IMG/VR virus record: IMGVR_UViG_3300021961_010439
Span: 1-64,000 of that record
Length of the DNA stretch: 64,000 nucleotides
Reading direction: 5' to 3' (one strand)
Source: a virus
This document shows positions 30,084 to 39,385 of the stretch, one piece after another. Position numbers and translations under genes: made by a program. Position 1 is the first letter of the stretch. Each line of letters begins with the position of its first letter. The notes under the pieces were generated by a model, which did no database searches, had not been told where the DNA came from, and worked only from the letters and a program-made list of their open reading frames with translations.

Positions 30084-31959
30084 TTTTTCCTCCAGTTTTA
30101 AGTAAATCTTTAATTGTCATAATCTTATCTAACATTGCTATACCCAATATATCGAATTTAATTATACCGATACTTTCTAAATCTTGCATTTCCATTCCCG
30201 CAATAAGTTGTTCGTTTTTTGAATCGTATACCATCGGGCAAATAGTTTCAAGCTGTTTTTCTGCTATAACAACTCCTGCCGCGTGTTTGCTTTGATTCGA
30301 CTTTGTTCCTTCTAATCTAATAGCCTGCTCAAACCTTTTGGCAAGTGGCCCTTTTAATTCTTGTGTGTCTTTATCCAGATAACACCAGTCTTTGAGATTG
30401 TCCGCATTATTTTCTAATGCCCACTGTATAATAGATGCTTCGCCGTATTCTTCTTTCATTTCTTGAAGTTCATCTGCTATTTTGGCTTCATCAGGAATAT
30501 ACTTGGTTATTTTATTCATTTCATCAAACGATATATTACCATATACTCTTAAAACATCTTTTAGGGCTCCTCTACCTTTCATTGTATTAAAAGTTATCAT
30601 TTGAGATACTTTATCGAAACCATACTTTTGTTTAATGTATGTAATAATATTTTCTCTTTTGTTGATTGGTACGTCAACATCTATATCTGGCATTGATACT
30701 CTATCTTTTGTATTTCTTCCAGCATTATAAAATCTATCAAAAATTAGATTATATTTAATTGGATCAATACTTGTTATACCAATAAGATACGAAACTAAAC
30801 ATCCCGCAGCGCTTCCTCTTCCGGGTCCGGGTAACCAATTATTGGCTTTTACATAATTAACTATATCTTGAACAATAAGAAAATAACTAGATAAACCAGC
30901 TCCTTGTAAAACATCTAATTCATATTTAATTCTGTCAACATATTCACTTTGATTTTCTTTTGCAATACTGTTTGCTATTTTTTCTTTCCACCCATCTCTA
31001 CATAATTGTCTTAAATATTCAGCATCATCATAATTGGATGGACACTTAAACATTGGTAGCATTGGTTTGTGTGTAATATCATATTCTTCACATAATGAAT
31101 CTACATATTGAGTATTTTCTATTTCTTCCTCTGTATGTAAATTATTAATCTCTTCTTGTGATAAAATATGAAAATTATCAGAAGTAAAAAAACAACTCAT
31201 ACCAACTTCTTGGTCAGAATCCATTTTAGACTGTATATTCTGAAAAGTTGTTTTCAAATTATTGCATAATAGCACTCTTTGATCAACAGCATCTTCTTTT
31301 CTGCAATAATGAGCATCTGGAGTACATATTACTTTTGTGTTTGATGCTAATCCTAACTCTCTAATTTTTTCTGTAAGAGTTTCTTGTATAGGATTATTAA
31401 TTTTATCCATTAATTGGGCTTCTAAAAATAAATTATCCCCAAATATCTCTTTAAGTTCTGATATGCAATTGAGACCAATTTTTTTCCAGTCATCTATGAT
31501 AGTATCATTTAGTACTATTCTATCAGCTAACACCGATCCAAGATGACCACAAATGCCTATAAGGTCAGGCCCACAAACGTTTTTGAGTCCGTTTAGATCG
31601 ATCCTAGGCTTCCTATAAAAACTTTCCGGGCTGTTGGATACAGAAATTAAACGGATAAGATTTTGCCAACCTCGTAGATTCTTAGCCAATACAAGAAAAT
31701 GAGATAGTTTGCTATTTTCTTTAACTTTATTTTTAGGATCATCTTTGCATACATATATTTCACAACCAAGAATAGGCTTAATATTCTTTTTCTTCATAGA
31801 TGTAAAAAACTGAACAGATCCAGCAATATTACCATGATCCGTCAAGGCACAAGACTTTGCTCCTATCTCGTGACATCTATCAGCAATTTGCTCAGGTTTG
31901 CTTAGTCCGTCTAATAAAGAAAAATGAGAATGTACATGGAGAGGAATATAAGTTTTCAT
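30058..31959 (-). CDS. dnaE: DNA polymerase III alpha, N-terminal half (PHP, palm, thumb)
   Basis: 'LHVHSHFSLLDG', 'TDHG', 'GPGRGSAAG', 'SMPDIDVD', 'KHAAGVVI', 'KFDILG'. Confidence 0.95.
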   Translation of the reverse strand: MKTYIPLHVHSHFSLLDGLSKPEQIADRCHEIGAKSCALTDHGNIAGSVQFFTSMKKKNIKPILGCEIYVCKDDPKNKVKENSKLSHFLVLAKNLRGWQNLIRLISVSNSPESFYRKPRIDLNGLKNVCGPDLIGICGHLGSVLADRIVLNDTIIDDWKKIGLNCISELKEIFGDNLFLEAQLMDKINNPIQETLTEKIRELGLASNTKVICTPDAHYCRKEDAVDQRVLLCNNLKTTFQNIQSKMDSDQEVGMSCFFTSDNFHILSQEEINNLHTEEEIENTQYVDSLCEEYDITHKPMLPMFKCPSNYDDAEYLRQLCRDGWKEKIANSIAKENQSEYVDRIKYELDVLQGAGLSSYFLIVQDIVNYVKANNWLPGPGRGSAAGCLVSYLIGITSIDPIKYNLIFDRFYNAGRNTKDRVSMPDIDVDVPINKRENIITYIKQKYGFDKVSQMITFNTMKGRGALKDVLRVYGNISFDEMNKITKYIPDEAKIADELQEMKEEYGEASIIQWALENNADNLKDWCYLDKDTQELKGPLAKRFEQAIRLEGTKSNQSKHAAGVVIAEKQLETICPMVYDSKNEQLIAGMEMQDLESIGIIKFDILGIAMLDKIMTIKDLLKTGGKNVQECTIS

Positions 31960-32999
31960 TCAACGCTTCCTGGGGCTTTGTATTTACCAACAGTATAACC
32001 GGGAACCGTGTATTCGTCAACTACCTCTTTCATTCCTTTAAGTTCCAAATCGTGCTTAACTTGTTCACATTTAGTCATTACTTTATTTGTTGGAGTTAAT
32101 TGATTATCCCTATATTCTATAATAGGTAATATATTACTATTTTCAAATGTTGTTTTTCCAAAATGACACAGTTTACTACACATCCAACTTTTGTTTAGTC
32201 TTGGTTTTTTAGTTTGCTTAATATATTCAAATTTATCTCTAATCATACTTTCTGTTGCGTTCATATCTGACTTATTAAAGCAAACAGAAAATGGCCCCCC
32301 ATCATTAATAAAATATATTGTTACAATAATATTTTCTATCTCTGGATATAAATGTCTTAAAGCATAGTGATAGATTCTGAGTTGAGGATCTATTTCTAGT
32401 TTTTCTTGAGTTTTTTCTGCTCCTGTTGCCCAATCTAATCTTCTGCCAGTTTTCCAGTCTATAAGTTCATATGTATTATCGTCTATTTTTGTTATTAGGT
32501 CGATGGTGCCTTTAATTGCTAAATTACCTTGTAATATACCATCAGATGTTTCGTATTTATATGCTGACCATGGTTTTTTGATTTCGATATCAAATCTTTG
32601 TTCCGGACAAACTATGGTGCGGTTTCTTGGATCAAATAATCCATTATGGTAATTTAAAGCTTTATATACCCAATTATAACAATCTTTGTAGTCTTTATTC
32701 TCCCATACATGATGATTAAACTCTCCTATATAATACTTATAAACTTTTTCTATGATAATATCTAAATTATATTTTGTAGTATTAATTTCTCCAATAATAT
32801 CGTCTGTTATAGACTTTTGGTTATTCTGAATACCCTGCTTAATTACTGCTAATATTTCTAATACTTTATGAACTATCGTGCCTTTATCTGCCTTTTTGTT
32901 TGATGGTCCACGCCAACCCAAAACATACTCAAAAAAGTATTGTTGTTCACACATATTATGGGTATTATAACTAGAACTTCTGAAGTATGTAATTATCAT
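31956..32999 (-). CDS. PD-(D/E)xK exonuclease, Cas4/AddB-like
   Basis: 'GTIVHKVLE', 'GTIDLI', 'IDWKTG', 'QLRIY'; one N-terminal Cys plus three C-terminal Cys (possible Fe-S site). Confidence 0.85.
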   Translation of the reverse strand: MIITYFRSSSYNTHNMCEQQYFFEYVLGWRGPSNKKADKGTIVHKVLEILAVIKQGIQNNQKSITDDIIGEINTTKYNLDIIIEKVYKYYIGEFNHHVWENKDYKDCYNWVYKALNYHNGLFDPRNRTIVCPEQRFDIEIKKPWSAYKYETSDGILQGNLAIKGTIDLITKIDDNTYELIDWKTGRRLDWATGAEKTQEKLEIDPQLRIYHYALRHLYPEIENIIVTIYFINDGGPFSVCFNKSDMNATESMIRDKFEYIKQTKKPRLNKSWMCSKLCHFGKTTFENSNILPIIEYRDNQLTPTNKVMTKCEQVKHDLELKGMKEVVDEYTVPGYTVGKYKAPGSVE

Positions 33000-33598
33000 T
33001 TAGGTTGCTCTATTGGTAGAATATTAAAATGAACCATGAGTTTTTTTAATGTTTCGAATTGTTCTCTTACTGTCATATGTTCGTTACTTATAACAGAACT
33101 AAAATTAGTCCAATCGTAGTGAGTAGCATCCAATATTGATTCGCTAATATGATCAGATTTATGAGGATTTCTATTAAGTCTAAATACTAATCCATTATTT
33201 TGTTTGATCGCTTCTATTTCATTGGGAAATCTACAGTCTGAAACTATTACAATTTCATGATTGCTTCTTTTAATTTTATTGATGAGTGCATTTACCCAAA
33301 CATTATTATTGAGTTTTCTAAATATATCAGTACCAACCAATTGCATTAAATCTCTGGCAGTTAATTGCTTACCATCCCAATAAGCATCTACTAATTCATT
33401 TTTATTATCATCTTCTCCATAGCATTGAGCATATGTTAATCCAAACATATTCATACATATATCTTCTTTTAGTGGATCTGCGAAGTTATATATAACAATA
33501 TCTTTATATCCATTAGAAGTTAATAGTTCTCGTAAAAATTCACAACAAACAGTTTTGCCCGACTGTTTGCGACCAGAAAATGCAATAATTTTAGTCAT
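32996..33598 (-). CDS. Deoxynucleoside monophosphate kinase (T4 gp1-like)
   Basis: 'GRKQSGKT', 'FADPLK', 'RDLMQLVGT', 'SDCRFPNE', 'HISE'. Confidence 0.9.
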   Translation of the reverse strand: MTKIIAFSGRKQSGKTVCCEFLRELLTSNGYKDIVIYNFADPLKEDICMNMFGLTYAQCYGEDDNKNELVDAYWDGKQLTARDLMQLVGTDIFRKLNNNVWVNALINKIKRSNHEIVIVSDCRFPNEIEAIKQNNGLVFRLNRNPHKSDHISESILDATHYDWTNFSSVISNEHMTVREQFETLKKLMVHFNILPIEQPK

Positions 33599-34740
33599 TT
33601 AACTTGCTCCAGATATGTTTTGATCTCTTTATTTATCTCTTCGGATGTCATATCTCCAACATCATTTTTAGATATTGTTGGTATATATACATTATAGGTT
33701 TTTTCACACTTGACCTTTATTTGTTCTGCTGCTTTTCTTCCAGCATCATCATTGTCTGTGAGTACAATTAGATTCATTGCTCCAGAAGCGTCTAATATGA
33801 ATTTTTGTCTATCGCTCAATGAACAACCAAACATGGCTACGCTATTGTGAATATTATTTTCCTCTAACCTCCAAACATTACCAGGACTTTCAACTAATAT
33901 TGCTGTTTGTGAAGAGAGAATATGCTCTTTTGCATACCAATAGTTGTATAAATAATTTTGTGACTTAAATCCATAACTATGTTTCCATTTGGAATATTTC
34001 CATGAATTATCTGAGGATGGACAAGATGTATTGTGTTCATGAAAACTATCGCATATAGAGCATTTATCAAATATGGATCGGGCAGTACAACCAACAATAA
34101 ATCTGTGATCATTATCATAAATAGGAGCAACAACTCTATTATACATTTCTTTGCCGGGCGTGGAACACAATCCAATATCATATTTTTCTAAAATATCACT
34201 AGAGTATCCTCTTTGAATATAATATTGTGCAGGAATCAATAGTGCTGAGATAACGTATTTCCTATCTATGACTGTGGTATTGGTATCAGTATTTTTATTT
34301 TGTATGTTACTAACAATTTGTGTGAATTTGCTTTTTTCTTGTGCTTTTCTCGAAACCTTGAAATCTTTTATATCTTTATCAAGAAAATTTAGAGCAAAAT
34401 CTACTGCCTCATTAAATGAACACATATTATTATCATTATTTGGCCAGTCATATTTTTCGACAGATAGTAAGCCTCTGATGAATCCTATGATCGATGACTT
34501 AAAAACTTTCTCGCAACTATGTGTTCTACAAGTCCAATTACCTCTATAATTATCTCCAAGATGATAAATATTTAATGCTGACGCATTATCTCCGCCATGT
34601 ATTGGGCATGACATAGTATACATCTTATTGTTCTGTTTATAGTCTATGCGAAAAGTATCTAATAAAGATTCTATATTATCGCACAGATTATCACAAATCA
34701 ATTTTAATTGAGTTTGATTATAGGAACGGGATCGCTTCAT
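33595..34740 (-). CDS. dnaG: DNA primase (Zn finger plus TOPRIM)
   Basis: 'CPIHGGDN...C...C' Zn-binding domain; TOPRIM 'VESPGN' and 'TDNDDAG'; adjacent to dnaB. Start codon uncertain (34740-34761). Confidence 0.85.
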   Translation of the reverse strand: MKRSRSYNQTQLKLICDNLCDNIESLLDTFRIDYKQNNKMYTMSCPIHGGDNASALNIYHLGDNYRGNWTCRTHSCEKVFKSSIIGFIRGLLSVEKYDWPNNDNNMCSFNEAVDFALNFLDKDIKDFKVSRKAQEKSKFTQIVSNIQNKNTDTNTTVIDRKYVISALLIPAQYYIQRGYSSDILEKYDIGLCSTPGKEMYNRVVAPIYDNDHRFIVGCTARSIFDKCSICDSFHEHNTSCPSSDNSWKYSKWKHSYGFKSQNYLYNYWYAKEHILSSQTAILVESPGNVWRLEENNIHNSVAMFGCSLSDRQKFILDASGAMNLIVLTDNDDAGRKAAEQIKVKCEKTYNVYIPTISKNDVGDMTSEEINKEIKTYLEQVK

Positions 34741-36172
34741 TGTCTGATTCATCTGATACAAAGCCTTCTGTTTTATTATTATTACTACCTAATTCTAGTT
34801 TAGTTTTACCCTCTGTTATCTTGGCGCACCAACCCTTCATACTACAATTTATATAGTCGTTATCATCTAATCCTCCTCCGTGACGACTAATTAAGGGCAC
34901 TAATTTTCTATTACCATTACTAGTTCCGTCTTCTGCTATTTCTTCGTCGCTCTTTCTTTTGAAAATGGTAAAATTACTACATAGCCATATTATGCGGTCA
35001 GAACCACTAGCAGAATCGGTGCTTTCTTTAGTAATACCATCTCTGTTTAATTGTATAAAAGCTAATATTGGAACCTTATATCTTACAGCAAAATTATGTA
35101 ATGATGTCATCATAAAACCAAGAACCTGATATTCTTTGAGATCTTGCGTTAAACCACTAGTATCCATTAGTTTGAGATAGTCATATACTATAACACAATC
35201 TTTGGCGGATCCGTCGTCGTTTAGTCCAACCTCTTGAACTAACCATCTACGCATAATGGCTAATTGTTCATCAAAGCTTTTTCCGGCGATTGATTTGTGA
35301 TACAATGGTGCGTTCTTTAGAATATCAACAGCTTCTGCTATTTTTGTTTTTTGTACAGGAGAGTCCGTGAACTTTCCTGTTTCTATTTTATTGATCTCTA
35401 TTTCGGTTAGCATTGCTAGTATTCTATGGATATGATCTTCTTTATTCATTTCTGTATCCATATTTAATACTGGAATATTTTGTCTAGCTATATGCAGACC
35501 CATATTATCAGAGAGTAATGTTTTACCAACCTTTGGTCTAGCACCAATAACATTAATGGTGCCTTTTCTTAGTCCGCCGCCAATAGCCTGATCGTATACT
35601 GGAAATCCAGTAGAAATACCAACTTGATCTATTTTATTGGTTTGTAGATAATCAATATAGTCATCTATACCAGCAGACATCATTGATGGATTATTATCGC
35701 CATCGTTTCCAAGCTCGGTAGAAAAATTAAATACCGCATCTTCAGCTATGGCTAAAATACTAGTAATAGATTCAGATCCGGAAATATCTAATAATTTATC
35801 TTGAGTATCTTCTAATTGTTTGTGTAAAGATCTAGCAATTTCTAGTTTTCTAATCTTAATAGCAAATTTTCTAACATTATCTTTACTAACTGGAAATTCT
35901 AGTATTGCTCTAAGATGTTGAGCTTCTTCTTTTGATGTTAATAGATGAGAAATACCAATTTCGCTTGCTGCAGAATATATAGATGCTATGTCTATATTTA
36001 GTTTAGCATCTTTATCGTAGATATGTTTTATACATCTAAAAATTAGACCATTACTATCTACTGTAAAACACTTTTCATTAACAAGATCATTAATATCGAT
36101 ATATATTTCTTCACCATAAGAACAGATGCCTGCCAATACTGCTCTTTCTGCTGCTGTATCACTGAGTATCAT
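34718..36172 (-). CDS. dnaB: Replicative DNA helicase
   Basis: 'AERAVLAG', 'STGFPVYD', Walker A 'GARPKVGKT', 'DTEM', 'DYLKL', 'QLNR', 'SRHG'. Confidence 0.93.
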   Translation of the reverse strand: MILSDTAAERAVLAGICSYGEEIYIDINDLVNEKCFTVDSNGLIFRCIKHIYDKDAKLNIDIASIYSAASEIGISHLLTSKEEAQHLRAILEFPVSKDNVRKFAIKIRKLEIARSLHKQLEDTQDKLLDISGSESITSILAIAEDAVFNFSTELGNDGDNNPSMMSAGIDDYIDYLQTNKIDQVGISTGFPVYDQAIGGGLRKGTINVIGARPKVGKTLLSDNMGLHIARQNIPVLNMDTEMNKEDHIHRILAMLTEIEINKIETGKFTDSPVQKTKIAEAVDILKNAPLYHKSIAGKSFDEQLAIMRRWLVQEVGLNDDGSAKDCVIVYDYLKLMDTSGLTQDLKEYQVLGFMMTSLHNFAVRYKVPILAFIQLNRDGITKESTDSASGSDRIIWLCSNFTIFKRKSDEEIAEDGTSNGNRKLVPLISRHGGGLDDNDYINCSMKGWCAKITEGKTKLELGSNNNKTEGFVSDESDNEAIPFL

Positions 36173-36174
36173 AA

Positions 36175-36672
36175 TTAATTCTTAATAGATGCCTTTGATC
36201 TGTAAACCATTGTTAAAATATCAGCCAAATTTTTAATATTGCCAGATAAATATGACAACCTATCGGACCTTTGTTTGGCATACTTCTTAATTTTATTCAG
36301 TGCGGTCGCCTTGTCATTGTGTTTGATAGCCTGAAGAGATTTTTCCATGAAACCATAACCTTTATAGTTATTGATCTCATCTGCTATAACTTCTTTCATT
36401 GTCTCATCTGCCCAATTGTATCTAGCTAATTCTCTATTGTTTGTTCTTTGTATGTGCAATGATAATTGCGTTAGTCTATATGCTATCTGTAAACAATCTT
36501 CTGGAGTTAATTTTTCTATCTGATCCCTATTCATTGAGAAATATATATTACTCTCTGATTCTGGAAAAAGATCTGACTGATATTTAGCAAGTCCGATAGA
36601 TGATTCATATTCATCTAGTATCTTGTCCCATTCTTCTAATTGTTCTTTTGCTGTTCTAGTCGTTTCTGCCAT
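36175..36672 (-). CDS. Helical hypothetical protein, possibly a UvsY-like mediator
   Basis: All-helical, coiled-coil character; lies between recA and dnaB. Confidence 0.35.
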   Translation of the reverse strand: MAETTRTAKEQLEEWDKILDEYESSIGLAKYQSDLFPESESNIYFSMNRDQIEKLTPEDCLQIAYRLTQLSLHIQRTNNRELARYNWADETMKEVIADEINNYKGYGFMEKSLQAIKHNDKATALNKIKKYAKQRSDRLSYLSGNIKNLADILTMVYRSKASIKN

Positions 36673-37049
36673 TGTTCATCGCTTTCATCAAAAGGAAATT
36701 CTATGTAAATAATACCATTTTTATCACACCATTCTTGTTTTTCAAAATCTCTTTTTCTATGTCTAAGAAATCCTAAAGTATTACCATGATAATGAGCAAC
36801 AAATTTATAGTGTTGTTCTCCATGGGTCTCTATGCACATTCTTTTTAATGGTATATAAAAATCCAAATATAATGTATCGCTTTTATGTGTCTTTATGGGA
36901 ACTTCTTCCAATATTTGTAATGTTGGATAAGTAGAAATAATAATGTTTCTAGCTCTTAAATGTAACGAAGATTTTTTAATATTCAGATTTGGTTTATGTC
37001 CAACCAAATTCCAAGCATACATATTATCATCTAAGTCATATACATTCAT
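36636..37049 (-). CDS. Small Vsr/DUF559-like PD-(D/E)xK nuclease
   Basis: 'LYLDFYIP...IETHGEQHY...RDFEKQEWC'. Confidence 0.75.
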   Translation of the reverse strand: MNVYDLDDNMYAWNLVGHKPNLNIKKSSLHLRARNIIISTYPTLQILEEVPIKTHKSDTLYLDFYIPLKRMCIETHGEQHYKFVAHYHGNTLGFLRHRKRDFEKQEWCDKNGIIYIEFPFDESDEQWQKRLEQQKNN

Positions 37050-38062
37050 GCTTTGATACCAACTGTGGACTTAATTGCAGTATATAGTTCTTCATATCTG
37101 TTTGGATTATCAACAAGATATTGTCTAACTTTTTCTGCTCCTTGAAATTTCAGTTTTTCATCGGTTACAAAATCAAGAGTATACCAAGCACCACCCTTGT
37201 TGATTAGACCCATGTCTGTAGCTATCATAACCAGTTCTGTGTGTTTATCAATACCCTCTCCATATCTAATATATGATGTTATGGTGCCTCCGGGAGGACC
37301 TAATGCTGAACATAATACTTGCCATTCTACTTCTTGTCCTATTTGAACACCATCTGTTCCTAAAGACCACGCCTTATGAAACTTAGCTCTTAATTTTACA
37401 TCAGTTTGATAAGCAATTGCTTGTCCACTTTTTTCTTTCCATTCGCTCGTTCCATATCCCGGATTACCCATGAGATGCGTAATACCTATCACTATATTTC
37501 TATTAACTGGAATAACATTTGCAACCTTACGACAAAATTTAGCTAAAAGTTTTGCACCATCGGCTCTTTGCATCTTGTCCATATCACTGGTAATCTCTGC
37601 TTCGGTACATAATGCAGAATAAGAGTCTATAATTATTAGTGACCCTGGTTCTTCATTAATAAGTTTTTCAGCTATTTGTAAATACTCTTCAGCGTGTAGA
37701 ATTTTACCTTGCTGTGATCCTATAACATCAAATCTGTCTAGATCTAATCCAGGGATTCCTTCTAGGTCTCTCTTTTTTAATCGACCTTCTATATTTAGAT
37801 AGTATACATGTCTAGGTTTTTTAAGATCTCCTTGGTATTCTTCTTTTTGTGCTGTAGCAGCAAATGCCAGAGATGTTGTTGTTTTCCCGCACTTGGGTTG
37901 GCCCGTAAATACAACGAAACTCCCTTCTGGAATACCACCTTGCAATACCAGATCTAATGCTGGGCTTACAGGAATTACGATAGACTTTCTATCTATAATA
38001 GCATTAGCAGATAGGATAATATCTGATCCATAATCTTTTTTAACATCTTCTTTAACTGCCAT
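37046..38062 (-). CDS. recA: RecA/UvsX-like recombinase
   Basis: 'LDLVLQGGIPEG', Walker A 'GQPKCGKTT', 'IIIDSYSAL', 'IRYGEGID', 'KGGAWY', 'KFQG'. Confidence 0.9.
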   Translation of the reverse strand: MAVKEDVKKDYGSDIILSANAIIDRKSIVIPVSPALDLVLQGGIPEGSFVVFTGQPKCGKTTTSLAFAATAQKEEYQGDLKKPRHVYYLNIEGRLKKRDLEGIPGLDLDRFDVIGSQQGKILHAEEYLQIAEKLINEEPGSLIIIDSYSALCTEAEITSDMDKMQRADGAKLLAKFCRKVANVIPVNRNIVIGITHLMGNPGYGTSEWKEKSGQAIAYQTDVKLRAKFHKAWSLGTDGVQIGQEVEWQVLCSALGPPGGTITSYIRYGEGIDKHTELVMIATDMGLINKGGAWYTLDFVTDEKLKFQGAEKVRQYLVDNPNRYEELYTAIKSTVGIKA

Positions 38063-38471
38063 TTTCTATATCCTTTATTTTTGAAATGATATTTTTTTTA
38101 TTTTGACCAGATACTCTATGATTTATATTTTCTTTTCTTTCAAAGTTTTGCGTTAACGTTGTATTTGTGGTTTCTAATATTTTTTGTTGTGTAATAATAA
38201 TGTCTTTAAGAAAAGGTGCTCTTAAAGAGTATATTGATTTTGCTTTAGGATCATGTAATGCCTTAATAATTGCTCTCGCATCATAATCTTTGAGTAATTT
38301 ATTTGCTGTTGCTATTTGATCCCTAAAGAATTTTGCCCATTTTTTTAAAGTCCAAAAACGATAGTGTAAATCTGATCCATCTTTTTGGGCCTTTCTTTCA
38401 CAGATAATCTCAGTAATATACTGAGCTGCTGTGACTGACTTATTATTAGAGTATTTAGAGATAAACTGCAT
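38052..38471 (-). CDS. Hypothetical protein
   Basis: Co-oriented 139-aa ORF overlapping the recA start. Confidence 0.6.
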   Translation of the reverse strand: MQFISKYSNNKSVTAAQYITEIICERKAQKDGSDLHYRFWTLKKWAKFFRDQIATANKLLKDYDARAIIKALHDPKAKSIYSLRAPFLKDIIITQQKILETTNTTLTQNFERKENINHRVSGQNKKNIISKIKDIENGS

Positions 38472-38472
38472 A

Positions 38473-38799
38473 TCAAATATTTTTTATCGCGTTAACAATA
38501 GATTCAATAATTGGTAATGGTTCTTCACCAATCATTACTTTTTTAGTAAAAGGAAATTCTAATGCTTTAATTAATTCCACCCTTTCTCCTAACTGATTGT
38601 GTCTAAATAATTTTGTATTTAGTACAAGCTCTATCTGATAGGGGTATTTTATATCTTTTTCCTTAATAGTTTCATCTTCTGTCACTATGTCATTGGCTAT
38701 TCTCTGATTTAGAATAGCAAATAAATCAACAAATTTTACATACTCTTCGTTTGTAAAATACTGTTTAGCTAATAGTCCTATTTTTTCTATTGGGTCCAT
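38473..38799 (-). CDS. Hypothetical protein
   Basis: Co-oriented, tightly packed 108-aa ORF. Confidence 0.55.
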   Translation of the reverse strand: MDPIEKIGLLAKQYFTNEEYVKFVDLFAILNQRIANDIVTEDETIKEKDIKYPYQIELVLNTKLFRHNQLGERVELIKALEFPFTKKVMIGEEPLPIIESIVNAIKNI

Positions 38800-38803
38800 T
38801 TTA

Positions 38804-39385
38804 TTAAGAATATAAGGATAGATAGTTTTTCCATGCTGCTGGCATGTCTATACCTATAGTAGAAAGTTGTCTCGACACTGGCAAGAACCTAGAATCATAT
38901 TTGGGTTTATGTGGGTTTGTTAGTAGTTTCATACTTGCTTGTTCTGGTGTCTTATTATTTTTTCTTCTATTGCATACTGTACATGCTGTTGTTATATTGC
39001 ACCAATTAGTTGCTAATTCTTTGTTTGCTCCAAATTTACTTTTAGGAATAACATGATCATATGTTAGTTCTTGATATGCAAAACTTTTACCACAATATTG
39101 ACAAGTATAATTATCTCTTATAAAGAGATTTTGTCTAGAAAATTTTAATGACCTATTGAATAGATTAAAATACTTTACTGTTTTAGCAACAGACGGTACT
39201 GGGTGTCTTTTATCGTTAGTGCCTTGTATATATTTATCTTGGTAATACTCAACTATTTCTATAGCATAGTTATGATCATATTGATATTTCATAGACCATA
39301 TAATTGCTTTTTGCCAACTAATAATCTTTAATGGTGAATAGTCAGCATTTAATAGTAAGCATGTGCTATTTTCTGCCTTGTTCAT
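38804..39385 (-). CDS. HNH endonuclease (McrA-like, Zn-binding)
   Basis: 'LLLNADYSPL', 'RDNYTCQYCG', 'LTYDHVIPKS', 'ACTVCNRRK'. Confidence 0.9.
   Translation of the reverse strand: MNKAENSTCLLLNADYSPLKIISWQKAIIWSMKYQYDHNYAIEIVEYYQDKYIQGTNDKRHPVPSVAKTVKYFNLFNRSLKFSRQNLFIRDNYTCQYCGKSFAYQELTYDHVIPKSKFGANKELATNWCNITTACTVCNRRKNNKTPEQASMKLLTNPHKPKYDSRFLPVSRQLSTIGIDMPAAWKNYLSLYS

Noticed and set aside
31956-32999. Cas4-like gene as part of a CRISPR system
   Set aside because: No repeat-spacer array or other cas genes seen; solo Cas4-like nucleases are common in phage replication modules.
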